Positions 1 to 10,554 of a DNA stretch of 64,000 bases are shown here, piece after piece (the stretch's first letter is position 1; each line of letters begins with the position of its first letter). The position numbers and the translations under genes are program-made. The DNA comes from Dehalococcoidia bacterium (lineage in GTDB: Bacteria > Chloroflexota > Dehalococcoidia > Bin125): positions 1-64,000 of the forward strand of contig CAXXNO010000008.1 in assembly GCA_963663235.2 (NCBI GenBank), given 5' to 3'. A model generated the notes under the pieces. It searched no databases. It had not been told where the DNA came from and worked only from the letters and a program-made list of their open reading frames with translations.

Positions 1-470
1 AATCCGCCGGGCTCCTGCTGGAAGGCGCTGATCCCCTGGTCGTAGATCCGCGCCGCCGACTCGTTCAGCAACAGTTCGCGTAGCTCCTCCCGCGATAGGA
101 GCGCCAGTTCCCGCGTAGGGATCTCGATCTCCAGCGGATAGCCCGAGATCACGAGCACCGTCTCGCTGTCCACGCTCTCGCTCGCTGCTGCGACGATCGC
201 GGCGTACTCGGCCTCCAGCAACTCGTCGACCTCGGTCAGCGGCACCAGGCTGCGCTTGATGATCCGCTCGGCGGTCTCCTCACCCGTGACCTGGATGACC
301 GACCAGGCGCCGATGGTGAGCATGGCGAAGAACGCCAGCGCGATGATCGCCCCCCAGCGCACGACGGTCCGCCAGAACTCCGCTCCCACCTCCTCCAGAG
401 GCCCGCGCGGCGGGCCACCGCGCCTGAAGCGCTCAACCACCACCGGGCCCGATGGCGGACCCGCTTCCAT
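1..470 (-). CDS. Hypothetical membrane-anchored protein, 3' end runs off the window; true start may be near 673 if upstream indels are errors
   Basis: Manual translation: MEAGPPSGPVVVERF...WRTVVRWGAIIALAFFAMLTIGAWSVIQVTGEETAERII...; hydrophobic helix; open to position 1. Confidence 0.6.
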   Translation of the reverse strand, partial: MEAGPPSGPVVVERFRRGGPPRGPLEEVGAEFWRTVVRWGAIIALAFFAMLTIGAWSVIQVTGEETAERIIKRSLVPLTEVDELLEAEYAAIVAAASESVDSETVLVISGYPLEIEIPTRELALLSREELRELLLNESAARIYDQGISAFQQEPGG

Positions 471-669
471 GGGCTCCGGCGGCGCGGCCTCGCGCTCCTC
501 CGCTGCCGCTACGGCTCCCTCCTCGCCGGGCGCGTCCGGGCCTCTCCCCCTCCTCGGCGGCCACACCCGGCAGCCGCGGCGGGTCGTCGCCCTCCGATGG
601 GCGGTCACCGCCCTCGGGCGGCGCTGCCGGCGCCTGGAGAGGCTGATCGTCTTTCGGGCGGGCGCTCGC

Positions 670-1146
670 TCATTCGCCTGGCTCCCGCGTCTCAAAGACC
701 TGCGCCCCCGCCAGCCGGTCGTGCAGTGGCCGGCCTTGCGCGTCGAACAGGCTGGCCAGCAACCCGCCGCCCAGCAGCAGCGTCGACGCATAGAGGAACG
801 CCCCTCGCAACGCTGCCCGCCGGACGCCCAGCGCCCCGCCGTCCGCCCGCCTGATCGCGAGTCCCAGCCACCGCGCCCCGACTGTCCCGCCGGACACGGT
901 GCCCAGCGTGACATAGATCAGCGGCGCCACCAGCCAGCTCAGCGCGATGCCGTACCCTACGGCCCATTCCCCGCCGCTGGGGTCCACGGCCAGCCAATCG
1001 CTCTGCAGGAGCACGGCCAAGCCGGCCACCGCGAGAAACGGGACCGCCAGCGCCGCCAGCGTCAGCCCGTCGATGGCGAACGCTACCAGGCGCGCTTCGC
1101 GTCGCGCCGCTACGTACCGAAGCGACACGTCATCACGACGGCTCAT
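670..1146 (-). CDS. RDD family membrane protein
   Basis: RLVAFAIDGL N-terminal motif, GGTVGARWLGLAIR, GRPLHDRLAGAQV C-terminal motif. Confidence 0.85.
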   Translation of the reverse strand: MSRRDDVSLRYVAARREARLVAFAIDGLTLAALAVPFLAVAGLAVLLQSDWLAVDPSGGEWAVGYGIALSWLVAPLIYVTLGTVSGGTVGARWLGLAIRRADGGALGVRRAALRGAFLYASTLLLGGGLLASLFDAQGRPLHDRLAGAQVFETREPGE

Positions 1147-1220
1147 GCCCGTCCAATATACCGTCGGACCGTCGCCATCGCCGCCGCCGTCACTCGCGTA
1201 TGATCCGGTGTGAGCCGCAC

Positions 1221-2408
1221 ATGATTCGCTTGCTGCCCTTGGCTGCCCTCGTCGCCGCCTCCGCGCTCGCGCTGACGGTCGTCACCGTCGCTGCGACGCA
1301 ACGCCCGCCCTCGTCCCTCGATGACAACATCGACGACGCCACCAGCGGCGAGCGCTTCAGCCTCCTCAGCTTCGAGCTCCAGAACCTCTTCGCCAACGCG
1401 CTGGGCCAGGTCGGCGCCTTCTTCGACGGCCGGGACCGCGCTGGCGCCGCGGCCGACGAGGTCGTCGAGCGTTACTTCGGTCTCCGCGCCGAGATCGCGG
1501 CCCTGTCCTCCGGCGACCCCCGGCTCCATCTCCTGGGCAACGAGCGCGCCCGGATCGAGAACCAGGTCGAGGAGATCCTGGAGATGCGCATCGCGGACGC
1601 CTTCCGCCGGGCGGGGCTTTCCCGCTCCCTCCCTCTCTTCGGGGACCGGCAGATCCTCTGGCCGCCCGTCGATGTGGAGCTCACGCCCCCGCCCCGCGTC
1701 CTCGCCGTCTCCCCCCGCGACGAGATCCGCTTGCTGCGCACCGTGCTGCTCTCCCCCAATCTCACCCGCGAGCAGGTCGCGGCCATGGAGGCCGTGATCG
1801 AGCGCGACGACCGCTTCTCCGCCCTCGTCGACCGCGTCGGCGGCCTGGCCGCGTATCCCTCGATCGTGATCGATACCCGCTCCTACGCCTCCACCGTCCA
1901 GACCGTTGCGCACGAGTGGGTGCATCACTATCTCTTCTTCTACCCGCTCGGGTTCGCATTCTGGGACAGCAACGACCTCCGCACCATCAACGAGACCGTC
2001 GCCGACCTCGTGGCGCAGGAGATCGCCCCCCTCGTCTTCGCCGCCAATCCGGACGTCCGGCTGCCGACGCCGCCTCCTCGCGACCGCAGCGAGAGCGACG
2101 CCATCCTCAACCGGCTCCGCCTGGATGTGGACGCGCTCCTGGCCGAAGGCAACGTCGCGGAGGCTGAGGCGCTCATGGAGGAGACCCGTCTGCGCTTGAT
2201 CGATCTCAACCGCCCCTTCCGCCGCATCAATCAGGCCTTTTTCGCCTTCAACGGCGTTTACGGCACCCGCCCCACCAGCAGCAGCCCCTTGGGACCATTG
2301 CTCACGGGCCTGCGGGCGCAGTCGGACTCGCTGAGGGCGTTCGTCGCTGCCGTGCGCGATGTCGATTCAGTCGCCGAGCTCACGGCGCTGGCCGGCGCGC
2401 CCGACTAG
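1221..2408 (+). CDS. Secreted/membrane-anchored putative zinc metallopeptidase (HExxH)
   Basis: Signal-like N-terminus, AHEWVHHY followed by INETVAD (gluzincin-like third ligand). Confidence 0.6.
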   Translation: MIRLLPLAALVAASALALTVVTVAATQRPPSSLDDNIDDATSGERFSLLSFELQNLFANALGQVGAFFDGRDRAGAAADEVVERYFGLRAEIAALSSGDPRLHLLGNERARIENQVEEILEMRIADAFRRAGLSRSLPLFGDRQILWPPVDVELTPPPRVLAVSPRDEIRLLRTVLLSPNLTREQVAAMEAVIERDDRFSALVDRVGGLAAYPSIVIDTRSYASTVQTVAHEWVHHYLFFYPLGFAFWDSNDLRTINETVADLVAQEIAPLVFAANPDVRLPTPPPRDRSESDAILNRLRLDVDALLAEGNVAEAEALMEETRLRLIDLNRPFRRINQAFFAFNGVYGTRPTSSSPLGPLLTGLRAQSDSLRAFVAAVRDVDSVAELTALAGAPD

Positions 2409-5265
2409 CCGCCATCGTCCACGGGCGCCTCGGGCTCTGTCGCCTGGGGCTCCGCCTCGCCGTCGATCGGCCCGCCGTCGATCGGCCCATCGGCCCAATG
2501 ACGCCTTCCTTGCCTCCAATGATCACCGTGATCTCGGTGATGACCTCCCCCAGGAAGTCGTCTTCGACCACCAGCCGCAGCCGGTACGGCCCTGGCGCAA
2601 GGTCGGCGGTGTTCCAGCGCGTCAGTTGGCCCGTGATCCCGCCGCTGCCGCGGATCAGCTCGATGAACTCTTCGTCCGCTGGCTCCAGCCCCGGCGCGTA
2701 CGCCACGCTCCATCCGCTGATGTCCTCGCCCGCGACCAGTCCTCGCACCACGATGGCTCCGGGCTGCAGCAGCGCGCCGTCGGGCGGGCTGCTCAGCTCG
2801 ACGGTGACGCCCGCCGCGCCCTCCGACTCGTGCCGCACGTAGATCACCTTGTTGCCCCGCAGCCACTTGATGATCTCCTCGTCGGGCTCTTCTTGGCCCT
2901 CCACGATGGGCGGGATCAGGTAGCGGCCCTCCTTGATCGCGTCCGCCGGCGTCTCTTCCGTCGCCAGGAGCAGCGTCCCGCCGTCGATCTCGACTTCAGG
3001 GCAGATGCCGTTCGCTTTGTCGGGCACGCCGTCGGCCGCGACAAACAGTTCGATCTGCGTGTTCGCGCAGGGATCCTGCGCTGCGGCGCTCTGGCGCTCC
3101 TCCGCCTTCAGGTTGCGCAACTGCGGCACGTGCACCTGCGCGGTGGTGAGACCGTCGGGCACGATGAAGGCGGTCGGCTCGACTCCCTCCAGCGCGGCGA
3201 GCATGAAATCGTGCCAGATCAGCCCCGCCGTCCGTGACGACGTTCCTCCGGTCATGGGACTGTTGTCCGCGTTGCCCACCCACACCCCGGTCACCAGGTC
3301 CGGCGTGTAGCCGACCGTCCAGAAGTCGCGCCGCACGTCGTTGCGGTTGGGGTCGCCCGCTGTGCCCGTCTTGGCGGCGGCCGGGCGGTCCAGAACCAGC
3401 GTGCTCTGCAGGCCGTAGAGGATCGAGCGCGCTTGGTTGTCGGAGAGGATGTCCGTGATCTGGTACGCCTGGGGGGCCGGGATGACCTGCCGCGCCTCCA
3501 CCCCGTCTTGCCGGAACAGCAGGCGCCCCTTCGAGTCGCGGATCTCCAGGATGGAGATCGGGTCGAGCTCGCGGTAGCCGAGCGGCAGGTCTAGAATCGT
3601 GCGCTTCCCGTGCATCACGCCGTTGTTGGCGAACACGCTGTAGGCGTACGCCAGGTCCAGCAGCGCGACCTCGCCGCCGCCCAGCGTGAGCGACGGGCCG
3701 TACTGGCTCGGGTCCCGCAGCGACGTGATCCCCATCCGGTGCGCCACATCCAGCACCTGCCCCACGCCGATCGTGTCCGCCGCGCGGAAGGCGACGATGT
3801 TGATCGAGTTCGCCAGCGCGCTGCGGATCGTCACCGGCCCCCGGTGCACGCCGTCAAAGTTCTCCGGGGAGAACGTCGTGCCGTCCGAGTCCAGGAAGTC
3901 CAGCTTCACGTCCCACAGGAGGGTGGCGGGGTTCCACTGCTCCGGGTCCTGCACGAACCCCGCGATGTACGTGATCGGCTTGAACGATGAGCCGGGCGAG
4001 TTCAGGGCTGTGACCAGGTTCACCTGCCCGTCGATGTCCTCCCGGAAAAAGTCGCGGCTCCCCACCATCGCCAGGATCTCGCCCGTCCGCGGGTCGATCG
4101 CCACCAGCGCTGCGTTGTGGGCCCCCGTCTGCTCCTCGAACGACGCCAGATCCGCGCGCAGGATCTCTTCCGCCTTGCCTTGCAGATCCAGGTCCACTGT
4201 GGTTGTGATGCGCAGCCCGCCTGCGGTCAGCAAGTCCCCACACTCTTGCCCCTCATCCCGCAGCTCGATCCGCCCTCGCTCGCACAGCGCCTCTACTTCG
4301 TCCCGCACGTGCAGGACGAAGTGCGGCGCTATGATGTCGAACTGCTGGTTGGCGAAGTTCAGCGGTTCGGATTTCGCTGCCTCCGCCTGGGCCCGGCTGA
4401 TGTATCCGTGCGTCACCATCAGGTTCAGCACGCCGCCCTGACGGTCCTTGGCCAGGCTCAGGTTGGTGAACGGGTCGAACACCGCCGGCGCTTGCGGCAG
4501 CCCCGCCAGCAGCGCCGACTCCGGCAGCGTCAGTTCGGACGGCGGCTTCCCGAAGTAGCGCTGGCTCGCTGCCCCGATCCCGTACGCCAGGTTCCCGTAG
4601 AAGATCGTGTTCAGGTACCACTCCAGGATCTGCTCTTTCGGGTACTGGCTCGTCAGCTCCACCGCCAGGATGACCTCTTTGATCTTCCGGTCCACGCTCC
4701 GCTCGCCCCGCTCTTCCGGCGCGATCAGCACGTTCTTCACCAGTTGTTGGGTGATGGAGGAGCCCCCCGACCCGCTCAGAAACTCCGCTTCGCCCAGGCC
4801 CACGTTCTCGACTGCCGCCCGCAGCAGCCCGCGCAAGTTGAAGCCGCGGTTGTCGAAGAACGTCGCGTCCTCTGTGCTCACGGTGGCGTTGACCATGTGC
4901 TGGGAAATCTCGTCGAAGCGCACGGGGGCGCGCAGTCCGGAGAAGGGGTCGGCGAACTCGAACAGCACCGTCCCGCCGTCCGGCCCCACGCGATCGAACA
5001 CCTTGCTGGTGCCCAGCACGCGCTCCGCTACCAGAATCGCGTCCGGCTCCACCAGGTCGTCCGCGTAAGACCGGTACACTCCGTAGGCCGCGCCCGCGCC
5101 GGCCCCGATCAGGATCACGCCGAGTACCAGCAGCCCGATCGGGCCCCAGATCCACGTCGGCATCCCGCGATGCCGCTGCCGCTCCCGCCGCCGCTTCTGG
5201 GCCAGCGCTCGCCTGCGCGCCAGCTTGCCGTTGCCGTTGCGCCTCGCGCGCGCGTCGCGCCTCAC
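2380..5265 (-). CDS. Class A penicillin-binding protein (transglycosylase-transpeptidase, PBP1A-like); true stop probably 2405
   Basis: EDATFF, GGSSITQQLVKN, RKIKE, GSSFKP (SxxK), SIN (SxN), KTGT motifs; N-terminal TM helix. Confidence 0.93.
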   Translation of the reverse strand: MRRDARARRNGNGKLARRRALAQKRRRERQRHRGMPTWIWGPIGLLVLGVILIGAGAGAAYGVYRSYADDLVEPDAILVAERVLGTSKVFDRVGPDGGTVLFEFADPFSGLRAPVRFDEISQHMVNATVSTEDATFFDNRGFNLRGLLRAAVENVGLGEAEFLSGSGGSSITQQLVKNVLIAPEERGERSVDRKIKEVILAVELTSQYPKEQILEWYLNTIFYGNLAYGIGAASQRYFGKPPSELTLPESALLAGLPQAPAVFDPFTNLSLAKDRQGGVLNLMVTHGYISRAQAEAAKSEPLNFANQQFDIIAPHFVLHVRDEVEALCERGRIELRDEGQECGDLLTAGGLRITTTVDLDLQGKAEEILRADLASFEEQTGAHNAALVAIDPRTGEILAMVGSRDFFREDIDGQVNLVTALNSPGSSFKPITYIAGFVQDPEQWNPATLLWDVKLDFLDSDGTTFSPENFDGVHRGPVTIRSALANSINIVAFRAADTIGVGQVLDVAHRMGITSLRDPSQYGPSLTLGGGEVALLDLAYAYSVFANNGVMHGKRTILDLPLGYRELDPISILEIRDSKGRLLFRQDGVEARQVIPAPQAYQITDILSDNQARSILYGLQSTLVLDRPAAAKTGTAGDPNRNDVRRDFWTVGYTPDLVTGVWVGNADNSPMTGGTSSRTAGLIWHDFMLAALEGVEPTAFIVPDGLTTAQVHVPQLRNLKAEERQSAAAQDPCANTQIELFVAADGVPDKANGICPEVEIDGGTLLLATEETPADAIKEGRYLIPPIVEGQEEPDEEIIKWLRGNKVIYVRHESEGAAGVTVELSSPPDGALLQPGAIVVRGLVAGEDISGWSVAYAPGLEPADEEFIELIRGSGGITGQLTRWNTADLAPGPYRLRLVVEDDFLGEVITEITVIIGGKEGVIGPMGRSTAGRSTARRSPRRQSPRRPWTMAASRARRPAP

Positions 5266-6137
5266 GGTCGCGATCCCTTGGCGGCGGCCCCGGTGCGCTT
5301 CTCCAGGATCAGGAAGTGGCTCAGCCCCAGCCAGCGCAGAGGCGTCCGCTCGGCTCTATGCAGGGTCACCTGCAGGGCCTGCCCCAGCCGCTCATGGCGC
5401 GCGCGAACGCCGTCGAAGCCCGGGTAGACCGCGCTCCGCACCAGCACGCGCGCGGGCAGGCCCCGAAGCAGGCGAGTCACGTCGCTGCGGCTGTAGACGC
5501 GGGCGTGCGGCACCAGCCGATCACGCAGTCGGTCGGGCAGGTAGTTCACCAGCGGGTAGTTGCCGAAGCGGTAGCGCCCCCGCCAGTAGATCCCGTGCGT
5601 CTCGAAGGGGAACAGCCGGTTGGGCACGTACACTACTACGTGGCCGCCCGGCGCCAGGATGCGTAGCGCTTCGTGCAGGGCCTGTCGGTCGTCGGCGACG
5701 TGCTCCAGCACTTCGTTCAGCAGCACGACGTCGAACGACTCCGCCGCGAACGGCAGCGACTCCGCCGCCCCCACCACCAGCCCCGCCACCTCGGCGCTGC
5801 CGCGCTGCACCCGCGCCCGCTCCACGTCGATGCCCATCACGGTGGCGGGCAACTCGCGCAACTGACGCACGTACTGCCCCACGCCGCACCCCACGTCCAG
5901 GATGCGCCGCTCGGCCAGCGGGATGTGCTCGGCGATGAGGGCCACGCGGCGAGCCTGCCCGCGCCCCCAGACCAGGCTGGGGACGCCCAGGCTCACGGCT
6001 TCGCTGTGCTCGTCGGCGAAGCGCCGGGCGTCGTGGTGCGGTGCCGGGGGTGCGCCCGTTTCGCTGGTCCCAGTCTCCCTGGACTCAGTCTCGCTGGACT
6101 GAGTGTCGCTGGGCCGCCTCGCGCTCACTGCTCTCAT
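5262..6137 (-). CDS. Class I SAM-dependent methyltransferase (start uncertain)
   Basis: ILDVGCGVG, LPFAAESFDVV, LEHV, LAPGG motifs. Confidence 0.88.
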   Translation of the reverse strand: MRAVSARRPSDTQSSETESRETGTSETGAPPAPHHDARRFADEHSEAVSLGVPSLVWGRGQARRVALIAEHIPLAERRILDVGCGVGQYVRQLRELPATVMGIDVERARVQRGSAEVAGLVVGAAESLPFAAESFDVVLLNEVLEHVADDRQALHEALRILAPGGHVVVYVPNRLFPFETHGIYWRGRYRFGNYPLVNYLPDRLRDRLVPHARVYSRSDVTRLLRGLPARVLVRSAVYPGFDGVRARHERLGQALQVTLHRAERTPLRWLGLSHFLILEKRTGAAAKGSRP

Positions 6138-6318
6138 GCCGTTTGCTTGGCCCTGCGCCACCTGTGCTTTAGCCTACCATCCCCGTCGTTAGGCGACCGC
6201 TACGGCGTTTCCCTGCTGGAGGGCCTCCACCACCCTCGATATACTCGGGGCTCGCGTCCTCGGGTGGGCTTGCCTCTCCCGCCGGCGCCCGTCGGCCGCT
6301 TGAAGATTGGATTCCGTC

Positions 6319-6606
6319 GTGGACCTCACCCTCCAGGAAGTGCGCCACATCGCCATCCTTACCCGTATTGGTATGACGGACGAGGACGCGCGCCGGTTCC
6401 AGCGAGACCTCTCCAGCATCCTCGACCACATCCGCGTGCTCCAGGAGGTCGACACTGAAGGCGTCCCCCCCACCGCCAACGGCGCCGACCTCCTCAACGT
6501 CACCGACGCCGACAGCCCCCGGCCCTCCCGCAGCCGCGATGAGGTGCTCGCCAACGCCCCCGTTCGGGAAGACGACTTCTTCCGCGTCCGGGCGGTGATC
6601 GAGTAA
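6319..6606 (+). CDS. gatC: Asp/Glu-tRNA amidotransferase subunit C
   Basis: [11 protein letters not shown]...[19 protein letters not shown]; stop overlaps gatA start. Confidence 0.92.
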   Translation: MDLTLQEVRHIAILTRIGMTDEDARRFQRDLSSILDHIRVLQEVDTEGVPPTANGADLLNVTDADSPRPSRSRDEVLANAPVREDDFFRVRAVIE

Positions 6607-8081
6607 TGCCCCCACCCGCCGCCGGCTCGCTCCTCAGCCTCGCGGATGCGGCCGCCGGCCTGCGCGACGGTCGACACTCCTCGCAACAACTGGTCCGCGC
6701 TGCCCTCGACCGCATCGCCGCCGTCGATGAGCGCGTCCGCGCCTTCGTCACGGTCACGGAAGAGCAAGCCCTCGCCGCGGCGGCGGATGCCGATGCCGCC
6801 ATCGCCGACGGTCGTGCCGGCCCGCTCACTGGTGTGCCCGTTGCCGTCAAGGACGTGATCACGACTCAGGGCGTTCGCACCACCTGCGGGTCGCGCATGC
6901 TGGAGCGCTACATCCCCGTCGACGACGCTTTCGTCACCGCCCGCCTCAAGGAGGCGGGCGCGGTGATCGTTGGCAAGACCAACATGGATGAGTTCGCGAT
7001 GGGCTCGTCCACGGAGCACTCTGCTTTCTTCCCCACCCACAACCCCTGGGCGCTCGACCGCGTCCCCGGCGGTTCGTCGGGTGGCTCGGCTGCGGCGGTG
7101 GCGGCGGGGGAGGCGGTGCTCTCGATCGGCTCGGATACCGGCGGCTCCATTCGCCAGCCCGCCGCCTTCTGCGGCGTGGTGGGCATGAAGCCCACCTACG
7201 GCCGGGTCAGTCGCTACGGCCTGGTCGCGTTCGCCAGCTCCCTCGACCAGATCGGCCCCTTCGCCCACTCTGTGCAGGATGCCGCTGCCTTGCTCCAGGT
7301 GATCGCCGGCCACGACCCCTGCGACTCCACCTCCGCCGACCTGCCCCTCCCGGACTTCGCCGCCGAGCTCAACCGCGGGCTCAAGGGCCTCCGCATCGCC
7401 GCGCCCCGCGAGTACTTCGCGGAGGCGGAGCGGATGGAGCCGGAGGTCGCCGCCGCCGTCGACGAAGCCATCGGCGTGCTCGAAAGCCTCGGCGCAACCG
7501 TCGACCGTTCCGTCTCGCTCCCGCTCTCCAAGAAGGCCCTGCCCGTGTACTACATCATCGCCCCCTCGGAGGCGTCGGCGAATCTCGCCCGCTACGACGG
7601 CGTCAAGTACGGCTACTCCTACACCGACGGCGCATCGATGTGGGACAACATGGAGAAGACCCGCCAGTTCGGCTTCGGCGATGAGGTCAAGCGCCGCATC
7701 ATGCTCGGCGCCTACGCTCTTTCCGCCGGCTACTACGACGCCTACTACCTCCAGGCCCAGAAGGTCCGCACGCTCATCCGCCGCGAGTTCGCCGATCTCT
7801 TCAGCCGCTACCACTTGATCGTTACGCCCACCGCTCCCACGGTCGCCTTCCCCATCGGCGCCGTGAGCGACCCCTACGAGATGTACCTCAACGACATCTT
7901 CACGCTGCCCGTGAACATCGCAGGCCTCCCCGCCATCTCCCTCCCCTGCGGCTTCGGCCGCGCCGGCCTCCCCGTCGGCCTCCAGCTCATCGCCGACTCT
8001 TGGGACGAAGTCACCCTCTTCCGCGGCGCCCACGCCTACGAAGCCGCCACCGATTGGCACACCCGCCACCCCCACCTCTAG
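6606..8081 (+). CDS. gatA: Asp/Glu-tRNA amidotransferase subunit A
   Basis: Amidase signature [48 protein letters not shown]. Confidence 0.97.
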   Translation: MPPPAAGSLLSLADAAAGLRDGRHSSQQLVRAALDRIAAVDERVRAFVTVTEEQALAAAADADAAIADGRAGPLTGVPVAVKDVITTQGVRTTCGSRMLERYIPVDDAFVTARLKEAGAVIVGKTNMDEFAMGSSTEHSAFFPTHNPWALDRVPGGSSGGSAAAVAAGEAVLSIGSDTGGSIRQPAAFCGVVGMKPTYGRVSRYGLVAFASSLDQIGPFAHSVQDAAALLQVIAGHDPCDSTSADLPLPDFAAELNRGLKGLRIAAPREYFAEAERMEPEVAAAVDEAIGVLESLGATVDRSVSLPLSKKALPVYYIIAPSEASANLARYDGVKYGYSYTDGASMWDNMEKTRQFGFGDEVKRRIMLGAYALSAGYYDAYYLQAQKVRTLIRREFADLFSRYHLIVTPTAPTVAFPIGAVSDPYEMYLNDIFTLPVNIAGLPAISLPCGFGRAGLPVGLQLIADSWDEVTLFRGAHAYEAATDWHTRHPHL

Positions 8082-8165
8082 CCTCCCGTTCGCCCCGTCC
8101 CCTAGCCCCCCGTTCGCTTCGCCCTTCAACGTTTCGTTTGCGCACAGCCGGGCGCACGATCTCTC

Positions 8166-8214
8166 TCCCCCCGCTCCATCGCTTGCCGATGGAGCGGCGG
8201 CCAGGGGGTGAGGT
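8166..8214. repeat. REP-like palindrome (CC(T/G)CTCCATCG-CTTG(C)-CGATGGAG...GGCCAGGGGGTGAGG family)
   Basis: Near-identical copies at ~25109, 30408, 30606, 37099, 37205. Confidence 0.85.
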
Positions 8215-8340
8215 CCGCCTCCTTCCCCGCTAGGCCCTACGGGCTTTCCCGCCTATGCTTTTTCGGACGCGCTCGCTGCTCCTCGGGGCCCGCGGCGCAC
8301 CTTCAGAAACGAGGAGCTCATCTCGATAGCGCTTCCGCGC

Positions 8341-8686
8341 ATGCTCGGCCGCCCCGGCCTCCTGGCGCTGGTCGTGGCGGCCTTGGCAACCTTGGTCGCT
8401 GTCGGCCACGATCGTCGGCGTCATTCGCGCCGAGGCCGGCTCCGCTGAGCGCACCAGCGTGCAGCCCGGCTCCGTCACCGCCGCCGATCCCGATACCGTC
8501 CCCACCCTCGCCGCCGCCGCCGCGCGCGTCACCCGGCCCAACGCGTTTCCCAGCACCGGCAGCGGCGGCCTTGCCGCCGACTCCGACGCCTCCAACGGCG
8601 CCGGCTCCTGGCTGGCCCTGCTGGTCGGAGCGCTGGCCCTTACAGCGATCGCCGGCGGGGCCGTGCTAATCAAGCGACGCGGCTGA
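8341..8686 (+). CDS. Small exported protein with C-terminal sortase-like signal; apparent 1-bp frameshift near 8395
   Basis: MLGRPGLLALVVAALATL signal in one frame; next frame continues ...PNAFPSTG...WLALLVGALALTAIAGGAVLIKRRG*. Confidence 0.5.
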
Positions 8687-8824
8687 ACGCACCCGCGTTC
8701 CGGCCGCCTCGTCGCCCCGCACGTCGCACGCCGGCCGTTGCCACGACCGTGGACGCGCTCGACCCCGCCGCCTACGATGACGATCGATTGGCGCATCGCC
8801 GCACGCACCGGAGCGGAGGCCGCG

Positions 8825-9304
8825 ATGGAAGAGATCTTGCGTGCGATCGAGCGGGATGCGCGCCTCACCCCCGCACAGATCGCCGCCGAGACCGGCCGCA
8901 GCGAGGACGAGGTGCGCGCCCTGATCGCCGAGGCCGAGGCGCGCCACTTCATCATCGGCTACGGCGCGCGGGTGAACTGGGAGCTCGCGGGACGGCCTCA
9001 GGTCCACGCGCTGGTGGAGGTCAAGGTGCAGCCGGAGGAGAACGTCGGCTACGCCGCCATCGCCGGCCGCATCGCCCGCTTCGACAACGTGATCTCCTGC
9101 TACCTCACTTCCGGCACCTATGACCTCGCCGTCATCGTCCGCGGCGCCTCCATCCACGAGATCTCCGACTTCGTCGGCGAGAAGCTCGCCACCATGCACG
9201 GCGTCCAGGGCACGGTGACCCACGTGATCATGCGCCGCTACAAGGAAAACGACACGCTGCTCCACGGCCTGGAGAGTGCCGCCCGTCAGCCGGTGATGCT
9301 GTAG
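8825..9304 (+). CDS. Lrp/AsnC family transcriptional regulator
   Basis: ILRAIERDARLTPAQIA HTH; SCYLTSGTYDL RAM domain; paired with an aminotransferase. Confidence 0.92.
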   Translation: MEEILRAIERDARLTPAQIAAETGRSEDEVRALIAEAEARHFIIGYGARVNWELAGRPQVHALVEVKVQPEENVGYAAIAGRIARFDNVISCYLTSGTYDLAVIVRGASIHEISDFVGEKLATMHGVQGTVTHVIMRRYKENDTLLHGLESAARQPVML

Positions 9305-9343
9305 GCGTGGTCGCTCCAGCGTCGCTCCGGCGGAGATTCGGGC

Positions 9344-10528
9344 ATGAGTGATGCGGTGGATCCCCGCCTGGCTCGCCGCGTCCAGCAGGTCCCCGCCTCC
9401 GGGATCCGCCGCTTCTTCGACATCCTCGCCTCCATGGACGATGTCATCTCCCTCAGCGTCGGCGAGCCCGATTTCGTCACCCCCTGGACCATCCGCGACG
9501 CCGCCATCCGCTCCATCGAGAGCGGCCATACCCACTACACCTCGAACTACGGCCTGATCGAGCTGCGGGAGCGCTTGGCCGCGCATCTCCACCGGCTCTA
9601 CGGCTTGGACTACGACGCCGCCGGCGAGATCCTCGTCACCTCCGGCGTCTCCGAGGGCCTCGATGTCACCATGCGCGCCATCGTCGATCCCGGTGATCAG
9701 GTCATCCTGCCCGATCCCTCCTACGTCGCCTATGCCCCCACGGTCATCCTCGCCGGCGGCGAGCCCGTCTTCGCCCGCACGGTCGCCGCCGACGGCTTTG
9801 CCCTGGACCCCGACCTCGTCGACCGCTTGGTGACGGACCGCACCAAGGCGCTGCTGCTCGGCTTCCCCGCGAACCCCACCGGCGCCGTCCTCTCAACCGA
9901 AACGTTGACGGCGCTCGCCGAAATCGCCGTCCGCAACGATCTGCTGGTCATCTCCGATGAGATCTATGACCGGCTCGTCTACGGCGTTTCCCACACGCCC
10001 ATCGCCACGCTGCCGGGCATGCGGGAGCGCACGGTCACGCTGGGCGGCTTCTCCAAGGACTACGCCATGACCGGCTGGCGCGTCGGCTACGTCGCCGCCC
10101 CTTTCCCTATCCTGGAGGCCATCGTCAAGGTGCATCAGTACGTGATGATGTCCGCGCCCACTCCGGCGCAGTACGCCGCCGTCGAGGCCCTTACGAGCGG
10201 CGAGGAGCACGTCCTCGGCATGGTGAACGAATACGACCGCCGCCGTCGGCTGATGTGGCAGGGCTTCTGCCGCATCGGCCTCCCCTGCGTCGAGCCGCTC
10301 GGCGCCTTCTACGCCTTCCCCGATGTCACTCCCACCGGCCTCGACGACGAAACCTTCGCCGAGCGCCTCCTCATCGAGGAAAAGGTCGCCGTCGTTCCCG
10401 GCTCCGCCTTCGGCCCCGGCGGCGCGGGCCATGTCCGCGCTTGCTACGCCACCTCCTACGCGGAGATCGAAGAAGCGCTGGAGCGGATCCAGCGCTTCAT
10501 GGCCGGCTGCGCCGGCGCGCCCAAGTAG
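9344..10528 (+). CDS. PLP-dependent aminotransferase class I/II
   Basis: VGEPDF, ANPTG, DEIY, GFSKDYAMTGWRVGY. Confidence 0.95.
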   Translation: MSDAVDPRLARRVQQVPASGIRRFFDILASMDDVISLSVGEPDFVTPWTIRDAAIRSIESGHTHYTSNYGLIELRERLAAHLHRLYGLDYDAAGEILVTSGVSEGLDVTMRAIVDPGDQVILPDPSYVAYAPTVILAGGEPVFARTVAADGFALDPDLVDRLVTDRTKALLLGFPANPTGAVLSTETLTALAEIAVRNDLLVISDEIYDRLVYGVSHTPIATLPGMRERTVTLGGFSKDYAMTGWRVGYVAAPFPILEAIVKVHQYVMMSAPTPAQYAAVEALTSGEEHVLGMVNEYDRRRRLMWQGFCRIGLPCVEPLGAFYAFPDVTPTGLDDETFAERLLIEEKVAVVPGSAFGPGGAGHVRACYATSYAEIEEALERIQRFMAGCAGAPK

Positions 10529-10554
10529 CCCCCTCCGGTACCCCGCGCGACTCC

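Noticed and set aside
6189-8129. Long antisense or alternate-frame ORFs (e.g. 646 aa here, 18325-19971, 20260-21798, 28795-30363)
   Set aside because: Shadow ORFs of well-supported genes in high-GC DNA
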